Made by a program: the position numbers and the translations under genes | The notes under the pieces: model-generated | Databases searched by the model: none | Told to the model about the DNA's origin: nothing | The model's input: the letters and a program-made list of their open reading frames with translations, nothing else | Assembly (NCBI GenBank): GCA_050246315.1 | Contig: JBFWWG010000002.1 | Coordinates: 96,001 to 160,000 of the forward strand | From: Nitrospiraceae bacterium | GTDB taxonomy: Bacteria > Nitrospirota > Nitrospiria > Nitrospirales > Nitrospiraceae | Length of the DNA stretch: 64,000 nt | Reading direction: 5' to 3' | Part shown: piece after piece, positions 47,426 to 57,480 of the stretch | Layout: every line of letters begins with the position of its first letter | Position numbering within the stretch: the first letter of the stretch is position 1

Positions 47426-49432
47426 TTACGGCGACAACTTCTGCCGCCGTCTCACATACTCTTGTATCGCCGTAACGAACGCGGCATGGCTCCAGGTCAG
47501 AGGAGACACCGACAAAGGAGCGCCAGAGTAAGGGTGCACCTGTTCGGAAAACACTCCAGAAGGCAAGGCATGGCGGACGCACCATTCGAATAGCGGCAGC
47601 GCTCGTTTCAGGTCCTCCTCGTGATGTGCCGTTGCAATGAGCCACTGAGCCAACCAAAGCGTACAGATGAACCACGGATTTCCGGGAATGTTCGCGATGT
47701 CGCTGCTCTGCTGGTGATAGTAATCGTTCTCGTACCGCGCCATTCCTCCGATTCCGGTCTTCACCCAGAGACGTTCGTGCACGGCATTAACGGTTTGGAC
47801 GATGCGCGGATCATCGGGTGGAAACATTCCGAAATACCACAACCCGAAGACCGAGGAATCCAGCGTTTCGTCGACGGACCAGCTTCCATCTGACGCGCGT
47901 TGCACCATCCGGGCAAAGCGATTCAGTTCCGGACGATACAGAATGGCTCCCACCCCATGCTTGATCTGGTCGGCCGCCCCGGCGTAACGTTCGGCAAGAG
48001 CCTTCTCGCCGAAGGCGTTCGCGAACCGAGACGCGGCAACAAGTCCTCCCCACACCGCTCCACAGGTAAAGGCCAAGACGCCGCGTCGTTCTTCCCAGAG
48101 ATCGAAGGAAGGCAAGGGCAAGCCTGTAACCGCATCGCGATAATTCGTCATGAAGTCCGCAGCGCGGATGATCAGCGATCGGTACAGCGGCTTGATGTAC
48201 TCGACATTCTTCCACGTCTCGAAACGGTTCCAGAGCGCCCACAATACGAGGGCCGTCTCGTCCTCCTGAATCGGCAGCTCCTTTCGACCGTCGCGCACCC
48301 ACGGATGCCAGCTCGATGCCAACGTCCTGTCCGGATTGTATTTATGGAGCAAATATCCTTCTTTGGTCAGGACCCGATCACAAAAGGGATAGAAGGGACG
48401 CGCGATTTCCAAGAATCCGCACAGGTCCAAGGCATAGGCAACCATCGCGCCGTCGCGAGGCCACATATAGGAGTAGGTGTCGCGCACCTCAGAGGCGATG
48501 TCGGAGTCATTGGCGGCAAGGATAGCGCCCTTGTTGTCAATCTGCGTGCGCATGATGAGGAGACTCAGTCCGTAGAGCCGACGGGTTTCGTCCGGGAGAT
48601 CGGCGAAGTCCGGCCGATGTACGTCTAACCAGAGGCGCCAGTACGAGGCCGTCCGGTCAAAAAACATCCAGGGGCCGCGACGGCGCACGGAGCGATTCAG
48701 GCGTGTGACCTCGTCGAAGTTTGACCCGACCGCCAACCAATAATACGCCGTTTGCGACGCGTGGGCCGGCACCGTGAGATGGACCGCTACCGTGGAATCG
48801 ACCGAGCCTTGGGCGATCGGGTTCCCGGAGAGCATGCCATCCTCCGCGTCCTTCCACGTTCCTTGCAGACTCTGGATCTCCTTGTGACCGCAGGCCCATT
48901 GATGGAGCCCGATGTGCCAGCCCTCGACGGAATCAGCGGCATCTTCGGGTCGTTTTCCCGGGGTGGCCGTGTTGATGAGGAACCAACGGGGGCCTTTGTA
49001 GTGATAGACGGCACGACGCTCCGGTTCATAATAGGCCGTGTCGCCCAGTTCGTGACCTGAGATATGAAAGTCATGATGGAAAAACAGTCGGACTTCGCGG
49101 TCGCGGTCCGCCCCATTTCTGACGTCAACCCGGCGTACAAGAAGACTCTGGTGAAAATCGACGGCATCCTGACAACTCAGATCAAGCCGGAGATCCGGGT
49201 GGGAGAGTTCCACCTGAGTGACTAACGTTTCATGCGAGTACCGCAGTTGTCGGTTCCAATGGGGATCGTCCAACCACACGAACAGACCATCGGCCCAGAC
49301 GCCAAAACGACAGACATGTCCGTCCGTATGATTCTCCAGGCCGACATGCGGCCAGTAGAGATCACGAAGCTGATAGGTGGCGTCGAAGTTGACGAGCAAG
49401 GACCCGTTGCCGAGAGGCAGATCACGAGGCAC
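47426..49432 (-). CDS. Glycoside hydrolase family 15 (glucoamylase-like)
   Basis: Y.WPRD, Q.DET, DLWEE and EQ...PLTWSHA motifs. Confidence 0.9.
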   Translation of the reverse strand: MPRDLPLGNGSLLVNFDATYQLRDLYWPHVGLENHTDGHVCRFGVWADGLFVWLDDPHWNRQLRYSHETLVTQVELSHPDLRLDLSCQDAVDFHQSLLVRRVDVRNGADRDREVRLFFHHDFHISGHELGDTAYYEPERRAVYHYKGPRWFLINTATPGKRPEDAADSVEGWHIGLHQWACGHKEIQSLQGTWKDAEDGMLSGNPIAQGSVDSTVAVHLTVPAHASQTAYYWLAVGSNFDEVTRLNRSVRRRGPWMFFDRTASYWRLWLDVHRPDFADLPDETRRLYGLSLLIMRTQIDNKGAILAANDSDIASEVRDTYSYMWPRDGAMVAYALDLCGFLEIARPFYPFCDRVLTKEGYLLHKYNPDRTLASSWHPWVRDGRKELPIQEDETALVLWALWNRFETWKNVEYIKPLYRSLIIRAADFMTNYRDAVTGLPLPSFDLWEERRGVLAFTCGAVWGGLVAASRFANAFGEKALAERYAGAADQIKHGVGAILYRPELNRFARMVQRASDGSWSVDETLDSSVFGLWYFGMFPPDDPRIVQTVNAVHERLWVKTGIGGMARYENDYYHQQSSDIANIPGNPWFICTLWLAQWLIATAHHEEDLKRALPLFEWCVRHALPSGVFSEQVHPYSGAPLSVSPLTWSHAAFVTAIQEYVRRRQKLSP

Positions 49433-49581
49433 GCGCTGATTCCTCCTTCAGGCATCCCGACAGGTCCGACCGCCGACAACCGGATCTGAGATCATCCGTG
49501 ATCCTATGCTGTATCGGCCTTCACGGGCGTTCGAAGGACATTTCAACAGCCTGCGAGTGACCCGTTTTCCGCGACCGGCTT

Positions 49582-50220
49582 TCACCGTCGCCTCCTCTCA
49601 GCGTCCCGCCGGCGAGATTGGGTCGGTGAAGCATCGAGATGGTCGGTGCTCCGCTCCTCGCCTTTTGCGGAAACAAGGTTGTCTGCTGGATAGGTAATGC
49701 GCATTCTGGACACCCGTGCGAAGGGTGTCAATGCATGTGGATGGGTGTGTGGCAGATTCGTGATGTGCTCCACGCCGAGGCCGCGGACGATCAGCGCGTC
49801 GGCGATGAGTGACCGGTGACAACGCCAGGGCACGGCTTCGGCGCACATCAGCGCGACCCGTTTCTCTCGCGCGACCTTCATGAGGCGGTTCAGTGCGATT
49901 TCAAATTCCGCGCCTTGCATGTAATCGGCGAATCCCCGGAAGGACGCATTGTGCCAGCCGAGATTCAGCGAATCGGGTCGTGCCCTCCGCAGGCCTCCGA
50001 GACCGCCGATGTGGAGATAGCCGATTCCCGCCCGTCTCAATGAGAGCGGCAAGGTCTCTCGGTTGAATTGCGGATTGTGCCGCGAGCGCGGGATCGTCCG
50101 GACATCCACCACCCGCTCAACGCCGTGCGCGCGCAGCAACTTAAGAAAGGCCTCCAGCGAGCGATTGCTGTGACCGATGGTCAGCACGACAGGCTCATGC
50201 GACCCACGGCGCGAACTCAT
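49582..50220 (-). CDS. DUF488 family protein
   Basis: TIGHS, DVR..P.S and MCAE...WRCHR motifs. ATGA overlap with alkA. Confidence 0.9.
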   Translation of the reverse strand: MSSRRGSHEPVVLTIGHSNRSLEAFLKLLRAHGVERVVDVRTIPRSRHNPQFNRETLPLSLRRAGIGYLHIGGLGGLRRARPDSLNLGWHNASFRGFADYMQGAEFEIALNRLMKVAREKRVALMCAEAVPWRCHRSLIADALIVRGLGVEHITNLPHTHPHALTPFARVSRMRITYPADNLVSAKGEERSTDHLDASPTQSRRRDAERRRR

Positions 50221-51119
50221 GCCACTAACCCCCTTCGGTCGAGACCATCGAGCAACAGATGAAAGTAAATCAACCCGGCGAACGGTCTCCACTTGTGCAG
50301 CACCTTGTGAACATGGTCATAGTCCGGCGGCCGTCTAAGCCGCAACCAGCGTTGGAGCCCCTTCTGTGCCCCCACATCATCGCCGGGGAACTGATGAATC
50401 CGGCCTAGGCCGCGCAACAATGTGTACTCCGCCGTCCAACGTCCCACCCCCCGCAACTCCATCAGCCGGGTCACGATCTCAGCATCCTCGATGGTCGCAA
50501 GACTCTCTGGATCGAGTGTGCCTTGCACGACCGCACGAGCCGCTTCAATGAGGGCTTGCCCCTTGCTTCGGCTGTATCCCAACGCTCTAAGCGCGCTCAC
50601 CTCGACCTTGGCCACCTCTTCCGGACGTGGAAACGCACGGCCTTCCCTCTCGGTTCCCAGCCCATAGCGCTCCGTCAACCGATTCATCAGAGTAATTCCC
50701 ACCGTCAAGCTGAGTTGCTGGCACGAGATGGCATTGACCAGAGCCTCGAACACAGTAGGGAAGCGAGGCGGCTTCAGTCCCCGAAAGCACCGGGCCAACG
50801 CATCTAGCTTTGCTTCTCGAGTCGCCAACCGATAGAACTTCCGAAGGTCCAGGTGGAGGCCTAACAAGCGCTCCAATGCAGCGGTAATGTCGGCCCGCGC
50901 CGTCGACGGCAGGTCGGCCCCGGTGACGGTGACGGTCAGCATGTTGTTCTGCTGTTTGACCGCCACCTGAGCCGGCAGTCTGCCGAGAACGAGTGTCCGC
51001 CGGTACGTCCCTTCTTCCCAGCGATCCATCGCATTGTTCGGGCGTCGACGCAGCGCCCAGACGGTCAGATCAAGCCGAAACGGCCGCACCGGATGCAATG
51101 CAAACTCGATCTGCCTCAT
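50217..51119 (-). CDS. alkA: DNA-3-methyladenine glycosylase II (AlkA/HhH-GPD)
   Basis: FEALV.AI..QQ, GVGRWTAE and FP.DD motifs. Confidence 0.88.
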   Translation of the reverse strand: MRQIEFALHPVRPFRLDLTVWALRRRPNNAMDRWEEGTYRRTLVLGRLPAQVAVKQQNNMLTVTVTGADLPSTARADITAALERLLGLHLDLRKFYRLATREAKLDALARCFRGLKPPRFPTVFEALVNAISCQQLSLTVGITLMNRLTERYGLGTEREGRAFPRPEEVAKVEVSALRALGYSRSKGQALIEAARAVVQGTLDPESLATIEDAEIVTRLMELRGVGRWTAEYTLLRGLGRIHQFPGDDVGAQKGLQRWLRLRRPPDYDHVHKVLHKWRPFAGLIYFHLLLDGLDRRGLVA

Positions 51120-51151
51120 GGTTCAGGAGCACCTGCTCGTCCCGCTCTGCC

Positions 51152-51180
51152 GCAGTAGAAGTCATCGTGAATCATGTGGG
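51152..51180 (-). mobile_element. Terminal fragment of the MITE-like family
   Basis: Minus strand CTAG-CCCACATGATTCACGATGACTTCTACTGC matches the left end of copy 1. Confidence 0.55.
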
Positions 51181-52107
51181 CTAGATATGTTTCACCGTCA
51201 GCACCGGACAGTCGGCTCGACGCAACACGGCCTCTGCCACACTCCCCAAAAGCAGACGAGAGACACCACGACGGCCGTGCGTACCCATCACAATCATGTC
51301 ACAGGCCTGCTCCTGGGCAACCTCCAGAATGACGTCGGCGGGCGAGCCCTCCTTGATCAAGCATCGAGCAGTCGAACCTTCCGCTTTGAAGCGCTCCGTC
51401 ATGTCCAACAGTCGTGTTTCGATCGACTCTCGTAACTTCTCCCAGCCGGCAAACGCACTCATGCTGAAGCTGACTCCGAGCGATCGCCACTCCATCACAT
51501 GGAGAATCGTCACCGAGGCGTGGAATTTCCTACCCATCTGAAGGGCACAGTCGACCGCCGGCAGCGACGATTCCGACAGGTCCGTGGCTAACAGGATGTG
51601 CCGCATGCGGACGGTATCGGTCGATGCACGGGGCGACATTTCGTTTCGGCTGAGATGAAGCGGCCTGACTGTCAGGACCGGACAGGACGCTCCTTTGACC
51701 ACCCGCTCCGCAGTGCTTCCGAGGAGGACATGTTCTAGTCCGCTGTGTCCGTGAGAGCCGACCACCACCAGATCCGCCTTGAGGGTTCCTGCTACGGCGA
51801 CGATCCGTTCGCTGGGTATGCCTTCCTCCTGATGCGCCTGAGCACGCACCCCTGTCCGTTTCATGTGCGAAGCCAAACCTTCGAGTTTGACCTCGATTTC
51901 CTGTCGGATGTGAGCAAGCCTCACATGGTCGAATGCGCCCAGAAGGTCGACGTCCGGCCAGAGCGGGATCACGTGCAATAGGTCCAGATGGTTGTTCCAT
52001 GCAGACGCAAGGAACGATGCGTAGGCGAGGGCTCGGGTCGCACCGGACGAAAAATCGGTCGCTAATAGAATCCGTTCCATTTTCCACATCTTGTCTCCCT
52101 GTCGCAC
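51181..52107 (-). CDS. Tandem-domain universal stress protein
   Basis: Two copies of ILLATD.S...G.HG..G....LGS.AE.V...CPVLTV. Confidence 0.93.
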   Translation of the reverse strand: MRQGDKMWKMERILLATDFSSGATRALAYASFLASAWNNHLDLLHVIPLWPDVDLLGAFDHVRLAHIRQEIEVKLEGLASHMKRTGVRAQAHQEEGIPSERIVAVAGTLKADLVVVGSHGHSGLEHVLLGSTAERVVKGASCPVLTVRPLHLSRNEMSPRASTDTVRMRHILLATDLSESSLPAVDCALQMGRKFHASVTILHVMEWRSLGVSFSMSAFAGWEKLRESIETRLLDMTERFKAEGSTARCLIKEGSPADVILEVAQEQACDMIVMGTHGRRGVSRLLLGSVAEAVLRRADCPVLTVKHI

Positions 52108-52152
52108 TCACTTGGACACATGGTAGGCATCGACCCTCAGTGAAGAGAAGAC

Positions 52153-53319
52153 TCAAGCCATCTCGAGTGCACGCTCCAGATCGGCGATCAAATCTTCCAG
52201 ATCCTCGCAACCGACGGAGATTCTCACGAGCCCGCTCGTGAGTCCCTGCCGCTCCATGACCGCTTTCGGCGTCGCGACATGGGTCATCGACGCTGGATGC
52301 TCGATCAATGTATCGACCGTGCCAAGAGACACCGCCAACGTACAGAGGGTCAGGCCTTTCAATAACCGCTTGGCCGCCTCGAATCCGCCGGCGACTTCAA
52401 AACTAAAGCAACCGCCGAAGCCGGTCATCTGTCGGGCGGCGACATGGTGGCCGGCAAAATTGGGATCACCGGGATAGTACACCTTGATGACTTTGGCATG
52501 GCCGGACAGGAATTCGAAGAGCCTCATCGCATTGTCGTGATGCCGCTGCATGCGCAGGGAAAGAGTTCTGATGCCCCGTAGCAACAGATAGGCGTCGAAC
52601 GGGCTGAGGATGCCGCCGGTATCGCGGCGATAGGCTCGAATCTTTTCGGCCAACTCTGGGCGGGCCACAGCGAGCCCTCCGATCACGTCGCCATGGCCGT
52701 TCAAATATTTCGTCGCGCTATGGAGTGAGATATCCGCGCCGAGATTCAACGGTCGCTGGAAATAGGGGCTCGCGAACGTGTTATCGACGATCGTCAGGAT
52801 GCCCTTAGCCCCGGCCAGTTCGGCGAGGGCCCGGATGTCCGTGATCTTGCACGTGGGATTGGCAGGGGTTTCGTAGAATATCACCCGGGTGTTCTCCTGG
52901 AGCGCATGCTCGACCGCCCGGACATCCGAGGTATCGACCACGGTGGAGGAAACCCCCAAATCCGCCAAGCGCTCCGTGATGAAATGGAGGCTTGGACTAT
53001 AGAGCGCCTCTCCGCAGATGAGATGATCGTGGACCTTCAGCGCACTCAACAAGCTCCCCTGGATGGCCGCCATCCCTGAGCCGAAGGCCACGGCTGCCTC
53101 CCCGTTTTCCAGGTCCGCGACCACCCGCTCGACGGCTTCGACGGTCGGGTTTCCCATCCGGCTGTAGACATATCCGGCACGGCGACCCAGAAACAGATCC
53201 GCACCCTCTTCGGGAGAATCGAACGCGAACGTGGACGTCAGGTAAATCGGCATCGTATGAGCGTTCAACGGCTTCGTCCGTCCGTCGGCGTGTAATTGTC
53301 TCGTGGTAAATCCTTGCAT
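52153..53319 (-). CDS. Cys/Met metabolism PLP enzyme (methionine/cystathionine gamma-lyase family)
   Basis: YSR.GNPT, ETPANP, DNTF, SATKYLNGHGD (PLP Lys), SLG and HPASMTH motifs. Confidence 0.9.
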   Translation of the reverse strand: MQGFTTRQLHADGRTKPLNAHTMPIYLTSTFAFDSPEEGADLFLGRRAGYVYSRMGNPTVEAVERVVADLENGEAAVAFGSGMAAIQGSLLSALKVHDHLICGEALYSPSLHFITERLADLGVSSTVVDTSDVRAVEHALQENTRVIFYETPANPTCKITDIRALAELAGAKGILTIVDNTFASPYFQRPLNLGADISLHSATKYLNGHGDVIGGLAVARPELAEKIRAYRRDTGGILSPFDAYLLLRGIRTLSLRMQRHHDNAMRLFEFLSGHAKVIKVYYPGDPNFAGHHVAARQMTGFGGCFSFEVAGGFEAAKRLLKGLTLCTLAVSLGTVDTLIEHPASMTHVATPKAVMERQGLTSGLVRISVGCEDLEDLIADLERALEMA

Positions 53320-53385
53320 GGATCGACTCCTCTGTTCGCGCCCGTCAATGCTCACGGGACCCTCACGTGATCTCGCGCGCTCTGC

Positions 53386-54216
53386 TCATCGTCGAGACTC
53401 GGGAGGAATGGCCACATCGGTGACCTTATTCTCGTCGTCCAAGAGCAGGATCACCGACTTCCCTCTCGGCAGATTGCCGAGCTTATCCTCGACAAATGGA
53501 CGCACTTCTACATAGTGCTCTTTTCCGTCGTTGGTACGAACCGTCGCCATCAAGGCCGGCGGGGTGATGAGCGTGGCTTCGAGTTGTCGGTCCGAAGCTT
53601 TGGGGACCGAACGCGTCCATTCTTGGACTTGCCGGTGAGTCACTTGGTCGTCCGCGAAGGTCGCATCCAGAATCTTGTTGGTCTCACCGATCAAAAACAG
53701 AGCGGGCAAACCGATCGGGAGCGCCGCCACCTTCAAGCGAGCCAACGGCCGAACAGCGAATGCCTCCTCTTTGCCGTTGTCCGTTCTGATCACAGCCCAT
53801 TCGTACCCCACGACGAGCGGTTGCGCCAGTTGACCTCTCACGATCCGATGCCAACCCGGCTCGTTGACCGGATGGTAGTCGACCACGAGATTCTCCGCAC
53901 TCACCGCCAATTCGATTCGGTCGCCGGTCTTGAGCGACCATTCTCCTTTCTCCAATGCGCCTTTGAGCGGAATGAATCGAGGTTCCAGTTCACCGATATT
54001 GACCCTGATCATTCCGCCTTCGATGGCTTCTACGGTTCCGAGCACGATGCGTTCTCCGGGCAGCAGAACTAAATGGCCCGGATAGGACTCCATCCTGATC
54101 GGTTCTTCCGCCCAGGCGGCCGACGTCAACACCATCGAGAAAACTAGGATCGCGCCGGCCCCTACCATTGAAGGAGACACACTTCTGTTCTTTGACTGAA
54201 CCTGTGAGACATTCAT
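53386..54216 (-). CDS. Exported protein with repeated beta domains
   Basis: Signal peptide ending AWA. Internal repeat VIRTDNGKE...VRP...NKILD / TVRTNDGKE...VRP...NKVTD. Confidence 0.75.
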   Translation of the reverse strand: MNVSQVQSKNRSVSPSMVGAGAILVFSMVLTSAAWAEEPIRMESYPGHLVLLPGERIVLGTVEAIEGGMIRVNIGELEPRFIPLKGALEKGEWSLKTGDRIELAVSAENLVVDYHPVNEPGWHRIVRGQLAQPLVVGYEWAVIRTDNGKEEAFAVRPLARLKVAALPIGLPALFLIGETNKILDATFADDQVTHRQVQEWTRSVPKASDRQLEATLITPPALMATVRTNDGKEHYVEVRPFVEDKLGNLPRGKSVILLLDDENKVTDVAIPPESRR

Positions 54217-54522
54217 TGGTCCGTCCTTTCATGATCGACGTGTGAGCGATTGGCTGTGATGTCCACTCACGGCGATCGGTGCGCGCTCTTCGCACCAGGC
54301 CTGCGATCTCCAGCGCCTTCTCGACTTGCGACCGTGCTATCCATCCGGCCGCGCACCTCGTTGACCCCCACATCGACCTCATGGAGCGCTTCTTGGCAAC
54401 AGGGGTTCAGATAGCGCGGCGTCATCCCGAGTTGTGCGCCGCCGACCCGATCAGGATCGCATAGTCCATCCTCACATCTGACACCGCTGTGATGCTCATT
54501 CGGCGGGCCGATGGTCATCGAT

Positions 54523-55974
54523 TTACCCCGTGAGACTCCGCTCCATCGCCCGAACAAAATGGATGAGAGGGGCCGGATAGAGCCCGAGCCAGAATAAAAG
54601 CCCGGTGAGCATGGCGAGCACCAGACCGTCGGGGTACGACGTGTGTGGACCCTGAGCGTACGCCGCGTCGTGAAGGCCCCGCCCCTCGCCGGCGGTCATC
54701 GCGACGATGACCCGCAAATAGTAGAACAGGCCGATGACGCTGTTGACCACAAGGAGCAGGACCAGCAGCCAGAGCGCCGAGTTCACCCCTGCGGCAATCA
54801 CGTAAAATTTCCCCATAAAGCCAGCCGTGAGCGGGATTCCTGCGAGCGATAACAACATGACGATGAAGACCGTTGCGATCCACGGTCGGTTCCAGAGCAG
54901 ACCCCGGTAGTCGTCCATAGCCTCGGCTTCGGCTCCCGGTTTGGACAAGACGCTGACGACACCGAAAGCACCGAGAGTCGTGATGAAGTAGGCGACCAGA
55001 TAAAATGTTACGGCTTCAATCGCCAACGGCCCCCCGGCCAGAAACGCAACCAGCAGATATCCCAGGTGGGCGATTGAGGAATAGGCGAGCAGACGCTTCA
55101 CATTGTCCTGCAACAAGGCCAGCAGATTGCCTGCGAACATGGACAGGGTCGCAATTCCCGCCAGCACCCACCAGAGGATCTCCGAACGAAAGGCCGCGAT
55201 CTCCACGAAGTAACGGAGCAGCAGGGCGACCATGGCGCCTTTCGAGACGGTCGCGACAAAGGCGCTCACCGGCGCCGGTGCCCCTTGATAGATATCGGGC
55301 GCCCACATGTGAAACGGCACCACCGCCAATTTGAAGCCGACGCCGGTCAGGATGAGCATCAATCCGACAAGAAAGGTGGAGGACAGGTCGCTTGTGCCGA
55401 CCAACGAGGCCGCGGTGCGGGCGAACTCCATCGTGCCGGAGTGGAAGTAGATCATGGCCATGCCCAATAGGAGAAACGCCGACGAGGTACCCGACAGAAT
55501 CAGATACTTGATACCGGCCTCCAGCGGACGAGGATCGCTGCGCCGGTAGGCGATGAGCACATAGAGAGACAGGCTGAGCAATTCCAGCCCGAGAAAGAAC
55601 GAGGCGAAATGTGTCGCGGCCGCCATCGTCATGGCTCCCAGAGTTGCGAACAACAGGAGTGCGTAGAACTCCTCGCGCTGACCCTCCTGGTTCTTCAGGT
55701 ATCCGTACGAGAGAAGTGTTACGGCCAGACTCGCGGCCAGAATAAGCCCGGCATAGAACAACGCGTACGTGTCGATAATCAGCAACGCCGTGACGGGACG
55801 AGGCGCGACTCCGCCCGCGACCGGCAGCATCAGGAATGCTACCGTCAATCCCAGCGACGTCACGGTCGCGACGACTCCATGAACACGATGAAACGCCGCG
55901 ATCATCAGCACGATCAAGGATGAAACGGTCGTGACGAGCAGCGGCAGCAGTGCGATGAAATCCGCCACGGTCAT
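54523..55974 (-). CDS. nuoN: NADH:quinone oxidoreductase subunit N
   Basis: EAGIKY, FKL..VPFH.WAPD.YQGAP and KRLLAYSSIAH motifs. Confidence 0.96.
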   Translation of the reverse strand: MTVADFIALLPLLVTTVSSLIVLMIAAFHRVHGVVATVTSLGLTVAFLMLPVAGGVAPRPVTALLIIDTYALFYAGLILAASLAVTLLSYGYLKNQEGQREEFYALLLFATLGAMTMAAATHFASFFLGLELLSLSLYVLIAYRRSDPRPLEAGIKYLILSGTSSAFLLLGMAMIYFHSGTMEFARTAASLVGTSDLSSTFLVGLMLILTGVGFKLAVVPFHMWAPDIYQGAPAPVSAFVATVSKGAMVALLLRYFVEIAAFRSEILWWVLAGIATLSMFAGNLLALLQDNVKRLLAYSSIAHLGYLLVAFLAGGPLAIEAVTFYLVAYFITTLGAFGVVSVLSKPGAEAEAMDDYRGLLWNRPWIATVFIVMLLSLAGIPLTAGFMGKFYVIAAGVNSALWLLVLLLVVNSVIGLFYYLRVIVAMTAGEGRGLHDAAYAQGPHTSYPDGLVLAMLTGLLFWLGLYPAPLIHFVRAMERSLTG

Positions 55975-55977
55975 GAG

Positions 55978-57480
55978 TTATCTCCTCGAGACGACGGCGG
56001 GCCCGTCGCCAAATCGGCGCAGGTTCTCCAGGGACCGCCCGGCCGTCTCTAACACCGGCTGGGGATAGAGGCCCAGCCACACTTGGATAGCGATCATCGC
56101 TCCCAAGGTGGCCAGGTCACGCGCCGACAGATCCGGCACGTTCCACCTTTGGTGAGTGGAACCGTGAAACGTGCGCTGCATGAGCGTCAGGGAGTAGATA
56201 ACGGCGGCCACCAGGCCCGCGGCGGCGAGCGCGGTCACCGGCACACTGACGCGGTAGCTTCCCAGGAGCACCAGAAACTCGCCGATGAAGTTCCCCGTGC
56301 CAGGAAGTCCCAGCGAGGCAATTGCGAACACCAGCGTGATGGCGCCGAATCGAGGAAGGGTCTCCCACAAGCCCCCCATGCGGCGCATGTCGCGGGTGCC
56401 CAGCCGCTCCTGCAGCGCGCCCGCCAGGATGAACAGGGCGCCGGTGGTGATCCCGTGGGCGATCATCTGCATCACCGCGCCTTCCAGCGCGAACGCATTT
56501 CCGGAATAGATCCCGAGGAGCACGAATCCCAAGTGGCTGACGCTGCTATAGGCGACGAGCCGCTTGAGATCGGTCTGCGCGAAGGCCAGCACCGCTCCGT
56601 AGAGAATGCCGCTCAGACCCAACGTCATGGCGATCGGCGAGAACGCCTCAGCAGCATCCGGAAAAAGCGGCACCGCGAATCGGATCAACCCGTAAGCGCC
56701 GGTTTTGAGCAAGAGTCCCGCGAGAATCACGCTCCCGCCGGTTGGGGCTTCGGTATGGGCGTCGGGGAGCCAGGCGTGAAACGGCACGGCCGGGAGTTTC
56801 ACCGCGAAGCCGGCGAAGAATCCCAACATCAACCACATGGCCACGGTCCGGTCCATCGTGGTCCCCAGCAATTGCTGGTAGTCGAACGTCACCGTACCGG
56901 TTTGCCGGGCATGGAGGAACGTCAGGCCTAGGATCGAGAGCAACATCAGCAGACTGCCGGCCTGCGTGAAGATGAAGAATTTGACGGCCGCGTAGACGCG
57001 ACGCTCGTGCCCCCAGAGACTGATCAGAAAATACATGGGCACCAGCATCACTTCCCAAAACATGAAAAACAGAAACAGGTCCATGGCCAGGAAGACTCCG
57101 AGCACACCGGCCAGAACCCACAGCAGGTTGAAATGAAAGAATCCAACGCGCTCCCGGATTTCGGTCCAGGAGGCCGCGACCGCCGTGAGGCCGAGAAAGA
57201 GGGTCAAGAGGACGAGAAGCAAGCTGAGCCCGTCGAGCGCCAGGTGGACGGTAATGCCGAAGCGAGGAATCCAGGACAGGCTCAGTTCGGCGACCCAGTT
57301 TTCTTGACTCGAGAGCGAGACTCGGGCCGCTCGCTCGACCCAGAGAATGAGCGTCAAGCCAAGATCGATCGTCAGCGCGCCCAACGCAATCCAGCGCGGC
57401 CACTGCGATCCACGCCGGTCGAGCAGCCAGGCCGCTGCACCCGCCGCGAGCGGGAGGAGAATTAGCCAGCCGAGGATCAT
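55978..57480 (-). CDS. nuoM: NADH:quinone oxidoreductase subunit M
   Basis: FWE..LVP, WLPDAH.EAP and GLPG..NF.GE motifs. ATGA overlap with nuoL. Confidence 0.96.
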   Translation of the reverse strand: MILGWLILLPLAAGAAAWLLDRRGSQWPRWIALGALTIDLGLTLILWVERAARVSLSSQENWVAELSLSWIPRFGITVHLALDGLSLLLVLLTLFLGLTAVAASWTEIRERVGFFHFNLLWVLAGVLGVFLAMDLFLFFMFWEVMLVPMYFLISLWGHERRVYAAVKFFIFTQAGSLLMLLSILGLTFLHARQTGTVTFDYQQLLGTTMDRTVAMWLMLGFFAGFAVKLPAVPFHAWLPDAHTEAPTGGSVILAGLLLKTGAYGLIRFAVPLFPDAAEAFSPIAMTLGLSGILYGAVLAFAQTDLKRLVAYSSVSHLGFVLLGIYSGNAFALEGAVMQMIAHGITTGALFILAGALQERLGTRDMRRMGGLWETLPRFGAITLVFAIASLGLPGTGNFIGEFLVLLGSYRVSVPVTALAAAGLVAAVIYSLTLMQRTFHGSTHQRWNVPDLSARDLATLGAMIAIQVWLGLYPQPVLETAGRSLENLRRFGDGPAVVSRR

